Shown here: piece after piece, positions 63,686 through 64,000 of the stretch
How positions within the stretch are numbered: the stretch's first letter is position 1
How the letters are laid out: every line of letters begins with the position of its first letter
Source: Mustelus asterias
Taxonomy: Eukaryota
Assembly (NCBI RefSeq): GCF_964213995.1
Contig: NC_135826.1
Span: 1,736,001-1,800,000 of the forward strand
Length of the DNA stretch: 64,000 bases
Direction of reading: 5' to 3'
Notes under the pieces: model-generated
The model's database searches: none
The model's input: only the letters and a program-made list of their open reading frames with translations
Told to the model about the DNA's origin: nothing
Translations under genes and position numbers: made by a program

Positions 63686-64000
63686 GGCGGCACAGTAGCA
63701 CAGTGATTAGCACTGCTGCTTCACAGCTCCAGGGACCTGGGTTTGAATCCTGGCTTGGGTCACTGTCTGTGTGGAGTTTGCACATTCTCCCTGTGTCTGC
63801 GTGGGTTTCCTGCGTGTGCTCCGGTTTCCTCCCACATTCCAAAGATGTGCGGGCTAGGTTGATTGGCCATTCTAAATTGCCCCTTAGTGTCCCGGGGTGC
63901 ATAGGTCAGAGGGATTAGTGGGTAAATAAATGGGGATAGGGCCTGGGTGGGATTGTGGTTGGTGCAGACTCGATGGGCCGAATGGCCTCTTTCTGCACTG
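63686..64000 (+). mobile_element. V-SINE (HE1-like), cut by the window end
   Basis: Head, V-domain and CR1-type tail. Confidence 0.8.

Overview
Eukaryotic, repeat-rich vertebrate DNA, most consistent with a cartilaginous fish (shark), judged from HE1/V-type SINEs, a SacSINE1-like DeuSINE, and CR1, Rex1 and Penelope retroelements. The right half holds the first 13 coding exons of a SAFB (scaffold attachment factor B) gene on the + strand, from ATG 35500 to 62577 and continuing past the window. It has a SAP domain, an RRM, phase-consistent GT-AG introns and a CpG-rich NRF1/YY1/CCAAT promoter. The left half holds an intact 466-codon Gypsy (Gmr1-like) integrase ORF with no RT or recognisable LTR pair. 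Its middle catalytic Asp is replaced by Asn, and a splice acceptor puts it in frame with an upstream host-like exon, making it a candidate domesticated integrase gene. Two families of Penelope-like fold-back insertions carry minimal type I hammerhead ribozyme motifs; one family has a compensatory U3-A8 core, about 1 kb upstream of SAFB. The remainder is nested LINE/SINE debris. All calls were made by eye; no searches were run.
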